Shown: positions 1 to 8,239 of the stretch, in pieces | How the letters are laid out: every line of letters starts with the position of its first letter | How positions within the stretch are numbered: position 1 is the first letter of the stretch | Assembly (NCBI GenBank): GCA_051747585.1 | Contig: JBNJGH010000074.1 | Location: 1-16,985 of the forward strand | Length of the DNA: 16,985 bases | Reading direction: 5' to 3' | From: Candidatus Rifleibacteriota bacterium | GTDB lineage: Bacteria; Muiribacteriota; Ozemobacteria; Ozemobacterales; Ozemobacteraceae | The notes under the pieces: generated by a model | Seen by the model: only the letters and a program-made list of their open reading frames with translations | The model's database searches: none | What the model was told of the DNA's origin: nothing | Translations under genes and position numbers: made by a program

Positions 1-1
1 A

Positions 2-1039
2 ACCGTTACCATGAACCTTCAACCAGAAGCCTTGCCTTCAGTCATGTCGAGAATCAAGATTCTCAGCGGCATGGATATTTCCGAGCGCCGTATTCCACAA
101 GATGGTCGTATTCAGATGGTAATTATGGATAAACCAATTGATTTTCGTGTCAATACGATTCCTACAGCCTGGGGAGAAAAAGCCTGTCTTCGTATCCTCG
201 ATAAGTCAAACGTTAATGTAGCGCTTGATATGATGGGCTTTACCCCGCAAAACTTTACCATGTTGAAAAGAGCTATTGGTTCGCCAAATGGCATGTGTCT
301 GGTTACCGGTCCGACCGGTTCAGGCAAAACCACAACCTTGTATTCCTGTTTGAGTGCAATAAAAGGGCCTGGACTCAACATTTGTACAGTTGAAAACCCG
401 GTAGAATATAAGTTGAAATTTATCAATCAGGTTCAGGTTCGGCCTGAAATAGACTTGAAGTTTGCCACAGTCTTAAGAGCTTTTCTCCGCCAGGATCCAG
501 ATGTTATTATGTTAGGTGAGATTCGTGACGAAGAAACAGCAAGTATCGCGGTTGAAGCCGCTTTAACCGGCCATCTTGTTTTTGCGACTCTACATACCAA
601 TGATGCGCCGAGTACTGCGATCAGGCTGGTTGATATGGGAGTCGAGCCTTTCCTGGTTTCTTCGGCCCTTCTCTGCATTGTTTCACAGAGACTTGCTCGA
701 AGAATCTGCAAATCATGCAAAGATGTTGACACAACGGTAACAGCAGAAACAATTGCAGACATGGGTCTTCCTCCCGAAGCTATAAATGAAACTTATTATC
801 GGGGAAAAGGCTGCGACAAATGCGGTAAAACCGGCTACAAAGGAAGAGTTGGGGTTCATGAGATCATGTATACCCACGAAAATTTGAGGCGCATGATTAT
901 TCAAAAAGTATCACCCGATGATCTTAAAGCAGAAGCCATAAACCTGGGAATGAAAACGCTGAGAGAAGACATTGTCATCAAATTTCAACAAGGCCTGACC
1001 ACACCGGAAGAGGTTTTTGCCCTTGCCAGGTCCGATTGA
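2..1039 (+). CDS. pilB: Type IV pilus/T2SS assembly ATPase, GspE/PilB family (5'-truncated by window edge)
   Basis: Frame is open from the window start (ACC GTT ACC ATG), so the ATG at 11 is probably internal. Motifs: MDISERRIPQDGR, Walker A GPTGSGKTTT, Asp box TVENPVEY, Walker B region LRQDPDVIMLGEIRD, His box TGHLVFATLHTN, tetracysteine CKSC...CDKC, GYKGRVGVHE. Confidence 0.96.
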   Translation, partial: TVTMNLQPEALPSVMSRIKILSGMDISERRIPQDGRIQMVIMDKPIDFRVNTIPTAWGEKACLRILDKSNVNVALDMMGFTPQNFTMLKRAIGSPNGMCLVTGPTGSGKTTTLYSCLSAIKGPGLNICTVENPVEYKLKFINQVQVRPEIDLKFATVLRAFLRQDPDVIMLGEIRDEETASIAVEAALTGHLVFATLHTNDAPSTAIRLVDMGVEPFLVSSALLCIVSQRLARRICKSCKDVDTTVTAETIADMGLPPEAINETYYRGKGCDKCGKTGYKGRVGVHEIMYTHENLRRMIIQKVSPDDLKAEAINLGMKTLREDIVIKFQQGLTTPEEVFALARSD

Positions 1040-1053
1040 TTTAAATTTATGCT

Positions 1054-1060
1054 GGAGAGG
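1054..1060 (+). promoter_or_regulatory. Shine-Dalgarno site for pilC
   Basis: GGAGAGG ending 5 nt before the ATG at 1066. Confidence 0.7.
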
Positions 1061-1065
1061 TTGAA

Positions 1066-2265
1066 ATGCCAAAATATGATTGTGAAGTAAAAGATTCGAA
1101 GGGTGACATTATAAAAACTACTCTTGAAGCTCCAAATATGCAGGAGCTGGCTAACCGACTTTCAGATAAAGGTTATTACCTGGTCAAAGCCAAGGAAGCA
1201 AAAGCCAAAGGCGGGTTCAGCTTTGGCGGCGGAGTATCCAAAAAAGAAATGATGGTCTTTACAGTGCAGCTGTCAACTCTTGTAGGCGCTGCCGTCCCGC
1301 TGGTCGAAGCAATAGGAATCCTGGCAGACCAGACGCAAAATCAATATTTTAAAAACATTCTCGAGCAAATCAACAAAGACCTTAATTCAGGGCAATCTTT
1401 TTCAGTTTCAATCAGAAGACACCCGAAAGTTTTCGATAAAATTTACTGCAATATGTGCGAAGCCGGTGAAGCCGGTGGTATGCTCGACCAGGTTCTTGAT
1501 CGTCTTGCAGCTTTTGCCGAAGCCGATGCTGAAATCAGAGGAAAAATCAAAGGCGCATTGACTATGCCGGTTGTTCAGCTGGTACTTGCCGGTGGTGGTG
1601 TAATATTTCTGCTGGTCAAGATTTTTCCAAACTTTTCCAAGCTTTTCAAAAAAATGAAGGTGGATCTTCCAAAAATTACTGAAATCATGATGTTTGCCTC
1701 TGATGCACTTTTGCACAATTATATTATGATAGGCGGGGGCGCTATTGGTATTGTAATTGGTATAATTTTATTTATGAAAACCAATTTCGGCCAGCGTATG
1801 GTCTCAAAAATTTCAATTGTTGCCCCTGTACTTGGTCCTCTTACCCAGAAAATTGCAGTCAGCCGATTTGCCCGAACCTTCTGTTCATTGCTTGCTGCCG
1901 GCGTTCCAATTATGCAGGCGCTTCAAATAACTGCCTCGGTTATGGGCAACCCTATAATGGAAGAAATGATTGGAGGCATGGCTGTTGGGATACAACAGGG
2001 TAATACTCTTGCAAGCACCTTAACAAAAGTTACAATTTTCCCACCAATGGTTAAAAAGATGATAGAAGTTGGAGAAAACACCGGGAACCTCGATGTAATG
2101 TTAAGCAAAGCAGCCGACTTTTACGACCGCGAAGTCAAAGAAGCCCTCGATGGCTTAACCTCGGCCCTCACGCCTATTCTCACAGTTGTTATGGGTATTG
2201 TTATCGGCACCATCGCCCTGTCAGTTTTCATGCCCCTCTTCAAAATGACCTCGAGCATGAAATAA
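1066..2265 (+). CDS. pilC: Type IV pilus/T2SS inner-membrane platform protein, GspF/PilC family
   Basis: 399 aa. Two T2SSF-type repeats (QLSTLVGAAVPL...AGEAGGMLDQVL; FARTFCSLLAAGVPI...VGENTGNLDVML), three hydrophobic segments, C-terminal VFMPLF; directly after pilB. Confidence 0.96.
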   Translation: MPKYDCEVKDSKGDIIKTTLEAPNMQELANRLSDKGYYLVKAKEAKAKGGFSFGGGVSKKEMMVFTVQLSTLVGAAVPLVEAIGILADQTQNQYFKNILEQINKDLNSGQSFSVSIRRHPKVFDKIYCNMCEAGEAGGMLDQVLDRLAAFAEADAEIRGKIKGALTMPVVQLVLAGGGVIFLLVKIFPNFSKLFKKMKVDLPKITEIMMFASDALLHNYIMIGGGAIGIVIGIILFMKTNFGQRMVSKISIVAPVLGPLTQKIAVSRFARTFCSLLAAGVPIMQALQITASVMGNPIMEEMIGGMAVGIQQGNTLASTLTKVTIFPPMVKKMIEVGENTGNLDVMLSKAADFYDREVKEALDGLTSALTPILTVVMGIVIGTIALSVFMPLFKMTSSMK

Positions 2266-2266
2266 G

Positions 2267-2890
2267 ATGCCCACTAGTAAAGACAAAACAATTTATGCCA
2301 ATAAATATCTTCATTACCAGGAAAACAGAGGAATTTTAAGAAAAATTGTTAGACAGTTTTATCTTAATAAAATAGCCAGCTACTGCCTGGGAAATTCAGT
2401 AGACATTGGCTGCGGGAATGGCACTTTGTTGCAAATACTGGATAAAAACTCAGTTGGTTTTGAAGTAAACAAAGAAGCGGTTGAATTTTGTCGAAGAAAA
2501 AAATTGATAGTATTTGAAATACCCGAAAAGAATCCCTGGAAAACTATCAGAAATCATCTACCACGAAATTGCCAGACAATTATTATGAATCATGTGCTCG
2601 AGCACATAGAAAACCCGGCAATTTATTTCAACCAGCTATTGAGCTTTGCTGTTAACGAAGGTATAAAAAGAATTGTTCTTGTTTCCCCCGGGAAAAAAGG
2701 CTTTTTAAGCGATAAAACCCATATATCGTTTATCACCTCCAACTGGTTCAAGAAACATAAGTTTATTGAACGATATTCACTTAAAATAGTTAAAAACCTT
2801 TTTTTCCCAGTTAACAGCTACAAGTTTGGCCAGCTGTTTACTCATAATGAATGGCATCTTGTGGCAGATTTGCCAATTCAAAAAAGATAA
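2267..2890 (+). CDS. Class I SAM-dependent methyltransferase (glycan-locus type)
   Basis: Motif I VDIGCGNG, acidic motif II VGFE, NHVLEH and DKTH segments typical of Methyltransf_11/23 enzymes in polysaccharide loci. Confidence 0.88.
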   Translation: MPTSKDKTIYANKYLHYQENRGILRKIVRQFYLNKIASYCLGNSVDIGCGNGTLLQILDKNSVGFEVNKEAVEFCRRKKLIVFEIPEKNPWKTIRNHLPRNCQTIIMNHVLEHIENPAIYFNQLLSFAVNEGIKRIVLVSPGKKGFLSDKTHISFITSNWFKKHKFIERYSLKIVKNLFFPVNSYKFGQLFTHNEWHLVADLPIQKR

Positions 2891-3900
2891 TGCCCATTGC
2901 ATCGATAATAATACTTAACTGGAACGGCTTACAACATCTTCACGATCTTCTCACAAGCCTTAAAAATCAGTCTTTCAAAGATTATGAATGTATAGTAGTT
3001 GATAACGGTTCTAAAGATGGTTCCCGGGAATTTATCCAACAAAATTTTCCCTGGGTCAAGCTTATAAGCTTGCAAAAAAACACTGGATTCGCTACAGGCA
3101 ATAACATTGGCTTTAAGCATTCAACCGGAAAATATATAATAACCTTGAATAATGATACCTTGTTAGACTGGTCATGGCTCGAACAATTGGTTAAAACGGC
3201 AGAAAAAGACTCAAAAATTGGTATGGTTGCCAGTAGAATCTGCTCTTATTACGACCATGACAAAATAGATTCACTTGGTATGAAGATTTGTATTGACGGA
3301 ATGTCTCGGGGAGCTTTCCGCAACAGAGATTTTTCGTCTATAAAGAATATTCCCGATGAAATACTTTTACCCTCTGCCTGCGCAGCTCTATACAAAAGAG
3401 CGATGCTGGAACAAATCGGCTTTTTTGATGATTGTTTTTTTGCTTACTGCGAAGATACCGATCTGGGACTAAGGGCCAGAAAATCTGGCTGGAAAGCTGC
3501 TCTGGCAGCAAATGCAATTGTTTATCATAAATACTCATCAACTTCAGGGGCATTTTCTCCTTTTAAACTCTATCTGGTCGAAAGAAACCATTTCTGGCAG
3601 GCATGCAAAAATCTTCCGCTTATCTTTTTATTAACTTTACCAATCACCAGTCTTATGCGCTACTGCATGCAGTTACTGTTTTATTTAAAATTATTTAAAA
3701 ACGAAAATCCGTGCATCAAAAATAATTCATCAACTTTCATAAATATGTTGTTAAAAGGCGTCTGGCACGGCATTTGTGGTGCTTTGCCCAGATTGAAAGA
3801 CAGACTTGAAACATATTTATCAGAAAATATGAAACAGAAAAATATTTCCAGGCTGCTAAAAAAATATCATTTATCCTTTTATGATTTGTTGAAGGATTAA
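2890..3900 (+). CDS. Glycosyltransferase family 2 (GT-A, rhamnosyltransferase-like/WbbL-like subgroup)
   Basis: SIIILNWNG, VVDNGSKDGS, NTGFATGNN, LNNDT, FFAYCEDTDLGLRA, VYH. Start placed at ATG 2890, which overlaps the upstream TAA (TAATG), rather than 2851. Confidence 0.93.
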   Translation: MPIASIIILNWNGLQHLHDLLTSLKNQSFKDYECIVVDNGSKDGSREFIQQNFPWVKLISLQKNTGFATGNNIGFKHSTGKYIITLNNDTLLDWSWLEQLVKTAEKDSKIGMVASRICSYYDHDKIDSLGMKICIDGMSRGAFRNRDFSSIKNIPDEILLPSACAALYKRAMLEQIGFFDDCFFAYCEDTDLGLRARKSGWKAALAANAIVYHKYSSTSGAFSPFKLYLVERNHFWQACKNLPLIFLLTLPITSLMRYCMQLLFYLKLFKNENPCIKNNSSTFINMLLKGVWHGICGALPRLKDRLETYLSENMKQKNISRLLKKYHLSFYDLLKD

Positions 3901-3901
3901 C

Positions 3902-4642
3902 ATGAAAATGACTCAAAAAACCTGTCTGATAATTCCCTGTCATAATGAAGAGAAAAATCTGCCTCTTTTGTTCACTGAGATTGCAAAACTCGAAGATGAA
4001 ACTCTTATTCCGCTTGTTATCGATGATTGCTCGGTAGATAACAGCGCCAAGATGGCCATACGGAACAATGACGTTATTGTCTTACAGCTACCGGTTAATC
4101 TGGGGGTAGGAGGAGCCGTGCAAACCGGTTTAATATTCGCTCTAGAAAACAATATGAATTATGCAATCAAACTGGATGGAGATGGGCAGCATCCTCCAGA
4201 CCAGATTGAAAAGTTGTTAAATGCCCTTAACCAGAATGAAGCAGATATAATTGTGGGTTCCAGGTTTTTGCAAAATGAAGAAAAGGGTTTTAAATCTACT
4301 TTCACCAGACGCATGGGAATAAGCTTTCTCCAAAAGGTCTGTAAATTGTTAACCGGACAACAGATAACAGACCCAACCTCGGGTTTTCGAGCCTATAACC
4401 GTAAAGCTATAGAATTCATGGCCGAACACTATCCTTCTTTTGATTATCCGGAACCTGAAGAAATAATTCTGGCAGTTAAAAACAACTTGAGAATTAAAGA
4501 AGTTCCGGTCATAATGAGAGAACGGCAACATGGGAAATCCAGTATATCTGCTGGCAATTCCATTTATTATATGATTAAAGTTACCCTGGCAATGTTTTTT
4601 ACAGCCATCAGAAAAAAAGAAAAGTTTTTGAAGCAACAATAA
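3902..4642 (+). CDS. GT2 polyprenol-monophosphate glycosyltransferase (DPM1/GacI/PpgS-like)
   Basis: IIPCHNEE, VIDDCSVD, NLGVGGAVQTG, DGDGQH, IVGSRF, DPTSGFRAY, YPEPE, EVPVIMRERQHGKS; immediately followed by a DUF2304-like gene, the usual pairing. Confidence 0.92.
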   Translation: MKMTQKTCLIIPCHNEEKNLPLLFTEIAKLEDETLIPLVIDDCSVDNSAKMAIRNNDVIVLQLPVNLGVGGAVQTGLIFALENNMNYAIKLDGDGQHPPDQIEKLLNALNQNEADIIVGSRFLQNEEKGFKSTFTRRMGISFLQKVCKLLTGQQITDPTSGFRAYNRKAIEFMAEHYPSFDYPEPEEIILAVKNNLRIKEVPVIMRERQHGKSSISAGNSIYYMIKVTLAMFFTAIRKKEKFLKQQ

Positions 4643-4643
4643 G

Positions 4644-5021
4644 GTGCTAATGCAACTCGAAAGAATACAAATCATATCTCTTATCAGCAGCGTATTGTTT
4701 CTGATATTTATTTTCGAACTAATACGAAGAAAAAAAATCAAAGAAGCCTATGCAATATTGTGGTTGATATTCGGTTTTATTTTTATTTTTTTCTCGATCT
4801 GGAAACAAGGCCTTGATTACATAAGCGAACTTGTGGGCATCTATTATCCACCAGCTTTTTTATTTTTACTTCTTATTATTGCCATTATCCTTATTTTAAT
4901 TCAGTTTTCAATAGTTATATCTAAACAAAGTGACATCTTAAAAAAACTAACCCAGGAAATAGCTCTAATAAAAACAACAAAAGATAATTGCAAAAATGAC
5001 AGACACACCCACCGAGAATAA
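4644..5021 (+). CDS. DUF2304-family small membrane protein (GacJ/Rv3632-like partner of polyprenol-P glycosyltransferase)
   Basis: About 125 aa, three TM helices, LIRRKKIKEAYAILW, ISELVGIYYPP, C-terminal IS...KLTQEIAL. Start is GTG 4644 or ATG 4650. Confidence 0.88.
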   Translation: MLMQLERIQIISLISSVLFLIFIFELIRRKKIKEAYAILWLIFGFIFIFFSIWKQGLDYISELVGIYYPPAFLFLLLIIAIILILIQFSIVISKQSDILKKLTQEIALIKTTKDNCKNDRHTHRE

Positions 5022-6438
5022 TCATTTAATATCAACAAATTCAGTTATAAAACTTATTTATTGTACTATTTTCTTTTCTTTGCTAAATAAGGGTTTATTG
5101 CTCTATAGAAATCCTATTTTGTTTCAAAGTTTTTATCTCTTAATACATGGTCTTATCGCCGATCTAACCATTCCCGCATGCATAGTTGCTCTTGTAATCT
5201 ATTTTAACAATGAAGCTTTCAATAAATTTTCCGCTATTTTTATTACAATTTTTAATATTGTAATACTGCTTGATTATTTACATTTTTTTAAATACGACTT
5301 CAGACTGAATATTGAATTGTTATATTTGAAAACATGGCTAAGCTTTATTCATATGTCCCGCCTTGCATTTGCAACTATTTTAATATTGAACCTGGCCATT
5401 TTTTATCTATTAAAATCAAAGACAAACAAAAAAGTAATTATTTCCTCTCAACAAAAAAAGACCTGGCTTGCATTAGCCACAATCCTGATAATTATCCAGA
5501 GCCTTACACTTAAAGCCAACCTTTATCAGTTTTCAAGCTGGAATAAATATTATTCAAGTAAAAAGGCTATCTCCCAGACTGTTCCTGCAGTCTCCAGCTT
5601 CAAGAGCTTATTTTCAAAAACTATTATGGATTTCTTTCCAGAAGAATTGGATATTTTTATTGCAAGCCCATTCTATACAAAATTCCAAAAAGAATTCATC
5701 CAGAGAACCCATGACAAAGCTTTTTCAAAAACACCTTTGGAAGAAAACAAAATCTGGTCCCACCGTGGATTCCATAAAAATGCTCCCCAGAATTCACCAG
5801 AAGCGGTTAAATTATCACTTCAAAACGGAATAAAAGGTTTTGAAATAGATATTCGATATGTTTATGGCGCAAACAAAATCGTCATTTCACACGATCCATT
5901 CCCGCCGGCTATATTAGCAAAAAAACAAGATATTTTTTCTTTTTTTGATCAAATTAAATCTGATTTGCATTCGGCTGAATATATCTGGCTGGATTTCAAA
6001 AATTTGTATTTTACAAACATTGAAAATTCGATAAAAATCCTCAAAAAACTGGCCCTTAAATATAAAATTGATCAGAAACTCTTAATTGAATCAACCAACC
6101 CTTTTTTACTTAGAAAATTCGCAAATGCCGGCTTTAAAACTATTTTAGCCATAGCTTATGGGCAACATAACTTTAAATTTACCGGTCCTGCTACATCAAT
6201 GATGCGCTCTTCAACAATTTTAAGCAGATGTGAGTTTGTTACATTGCCATGGCAAACTATGAATTATAAAAGCACCTGGGAAGCACTTAACGGATTCCCG
6301 GTCGGTTGTTATACTGTCAACGATTCAAATATAATCAAGTTTCTGGTCAAAAGAAAGTCTGTTTTTGCAATTTTGACTGACCTTGAAATTAACCCTGTTA
6401 GCTTATTAAAAAATGATTCAAAAATTAAAAAACATTAA
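4996..6438 (+). CDS. Membrane protein with about 5 N-terminal TM helices and a C-terminal glycerophosphodiester phosphodiesterase (GDPD)-like domain
   Basis: WSHRG (HRG at 5761), PQNS, GFEIDI (5842), VISHD, WLDFK, YTVND, ILTD, in GDPD TIM-barrel order. Hydrophobic N-terminal ~170 aa. Confidence 0.8.
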   Translation: MTDTPTENNHLISTNSVIKLIYCTIFFSLLNKGLLLYRNPILFQSFYLLIHGLIADLTIPACIVALVIYFNNEAFNKFSAIFITIFNIVILLDYLHFFKYDFRLNIELLYLKTWLSFIHMSRLAFATILILNLAIFYLLKSKTNKKVIISSQQKKTWLALATILIIIQSLTLKANLYQFSSWNKYYSSKKAISQTVPAVSSFKSLFSKTIMDFFPEELDIFIASPFYTKFQKEFIQRTHDKAFSKTPLEENKIWSHRGFHKNAPQNSPEAVKLSLQNGIKGFEIDIRYVYGANKIVISHDPFPPAILAKKQDIFSFFDQIKSDLHSAEYIWLDFKNLYFTNIENSIKILKKLALKYKIDQKLLIESTNPFLLRKFANAGFKTILAIAYGQHNFKFTGPATSMMRSSTILSRCEFVTLPWQTMNYKSTWEALNGFPVGCYTVNDSNIIKFLVKRKSVFAILTDLEINPVSLLKNDSKIKKH

Positions 6439-8221
6439 TCCACTTCACGCATCCATTACACTGTTTTTTTTAATCTTATTATCTAATCATGTTTACATAC
6501 AAATCAAAACCCAGCTGCCAGTTAATGTCTTTGTTCTGAAAGCACATTTAACCGGTTTGGTTAATGAGCTTTTTCTACCAACTTTAATTGTCGTTTTGTT
6601 TTTGAAATTACCGTTACGAAATAGAACCCGCCTGACGTCGCTGACAATATTTTTTCAATTTATTGCTTTAATGCCCCTGTTAGATATTTTATATTTTCAA
6701 GCTACTCTTCATAGATTCAACTGGAAAATCTGGCACGATGTAAATTTTTATTCCATTAAAGCGTTTTTTGGCTATAAAGAGCTTCTTTTTCTCAGTTTTT
6801 GGGCATTAATTTATATTCTGGTTTTTCTAAAATTAAAAAAATCACCTGCAAACAAATTTAAAACAATAAAAATTGATTCAATAGCACCTAAGTTCCTTGT
6901 TTTGTTAATATTAATTTATCTTTTTGTGCCTTTTGAATTGTATAAAATCAATAGTAAATTTGACAACGTTGCTTGCCCAATTAGAGGAAAAAATAATTTT
7001 CTGAAAATAATCAACAATGGATTTCTAAACAATTTTTTAGAATTTCCTAAAACAATAGCAAAAAATACAACTAAAAATTTACAATATACAAAATCTGAGA
7101 CTGCTTTCCTTATAAAAAATGGTTTTATAGCACCATCAATAAAAAAAATAAATTTTAAAGCAAAAAATTATAATAAGATTATCTTCGTTGTTTTTGAATC
7201 TCTGGCTGCAGATTATTTACATAGTTACAATCCAAACATCCCCTCCGAGGCTACTCCTTTTTTCGACAGCCTTATAAGTAACTACACTGATGTTCCACAA
7301 TTTTATGCTTCAGACTGCCCAACTATAAACGGTCTCAATGCCATGCTTCTTTCAAGAATACCATTCGACCCTGACTTCTCAATGATCAGCAATCACATCA
7401 GTCTTGCAAAGCTTTTAAAAAAATATCAGGGGTTTGACTCGGTTTTTTTACGTGGTGTAAGCAAATTTTACAGTGGCGAAAATATTTTAATTAAATCACT
7501 TTTTTCTTTTGACAAACTAATTTGTTTTGAGGAATTAAAGAAAAAATACCCCGAACCTCCCTTTCGCGATTGGGGCTTTCACGACGATACCATCTTTAAA
7601 GAAGCTATTGATATTCTTGAAAAGCATAAAAATAAAAAGCTATTTTTACTGCTCAAAACCATTGATCTACATCAACCGCCTCATTATTGCGGCCTTCCTG
7701 ATTCGAAATTACCATTAAAAGTTAGAAACCATCCAAGCCCGATAATTAAAAGCCTTTACTGGGCCGACTATAGCTTAAAAAGCTTTTTTAAAACTCTCGA
7801 AGACAAGAAACTGTTTGATAATAAAACACTCATTATAATTACATCTGATCATTATGCTTTTCCCGGCTATGGGCACAGCGAACTGGTAAACAAGCCCGTT
7901 TTTTCTCAAATCGATAAAATTCCACTTATTTTTGTCGATAAAAAGCAAAACTTCCGGAACCTAATGTCGACCAACAAAAAATTCTGCCAAATTGATCTAG
8001 CTCCCACAATTTGTCACCTGCTTGGCTTGCCTGTTCCAGATTCTTTTATCGGACAAAGCATGTTAAATCCAAATGCTCGCAGTCGAATTCTCGGTATTGA
8101 CAATGACAAAATAATTTTAAGAAACGAAAAAAAAGAATATTCATTGGAATTGAATGAGAAAAGAACCAACCAGGCCATAGAAAAATGGCTTAACAATTTG
8201 ACAGCATTAGCCGGAAAATAA
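6413..8221 (+). CDS. LTA synthase/OpgB/GacH-family phosphoglycerol transferase (sulfatase/alkaline phosphatase superfamily)
   Basis: About 5 TM helices, then IIFVVFESL (E262), PTING (T304, putative nucleophile), WGFHD, TIDLHQP (H420), ITSDH (D479/H480), QIDLAPTI. Spacing matches S. aureus LtaS E255/T300/H416/D475/H476. Confidence 0.88.
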   Translation: MIQKLKNINPLHASITLFFLILLSNHVYIQIKTQLPVNVFVLKAHLTGLVNELFLPTLIVVLFLKLPLRNRTRLTSLTIFFQFIALMPLLDILYFQATLHRFNWKIWHDVNFYSIKAFFGYKELLFLSFWALIYILVFLKLKKSPANKFKTIKIDSIAPKFLVLLILIYLFVPFELYKINSKFDNVACPIRGKNNFLKIINNGFLNNFLEFPKTIAKNTTKNLQYTKSETAFLIKNGFIAPSIKKINFKAKNYNKIIFVVFESLAADYLHSYNPNIPSEATPFFDSLISNYTDVPQFYASDCPTINGLNAMLLSRIPFDPDFSMISNHISLAKLLKKYQGFDSVFLRGVSKFYSGENILIKSLFSFDKLICFEELKKKYPEPPFRDWGFHDDTIFKEAIDILEKHKNKKLFLLLKTIDLHQPPHYCGLPDSKLPLKVRNHPSPIIKSLYWADYSLKSFFKTLEDKKLFDNKTLIIITSDHYAFPGYGHSELVNKPVFSQIDKIPLIFVDKKQNFRNLMSTNKKFCQIDLAPTICHLLGLPVPDSFIGQSMLNPNARSRILGIDNDKIILRNEKKEYSLELNEKRTNQAIEKWLNNLTALAGK

Positions 8222-8239
8222 TCGCAAATACAGTATCCG

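Noticed and set aside
2851..2889. Longer GT2 start at ATG 2851
   Set aside because: Overlaps the methyltransferase by 40 nt; ATG 2890 gives TAATG coupling and the usual GT2 N-terminus.
6413..8221. True lipoteichoic acid synthesis or a formylglycine sulfatase
   Set aside because: The secretin implies a diderm host, and the nucleophile position is Thr without a C/SxPxR motif; a phosphoglycerol/phosphoethanolamine-type transferase is more likely.
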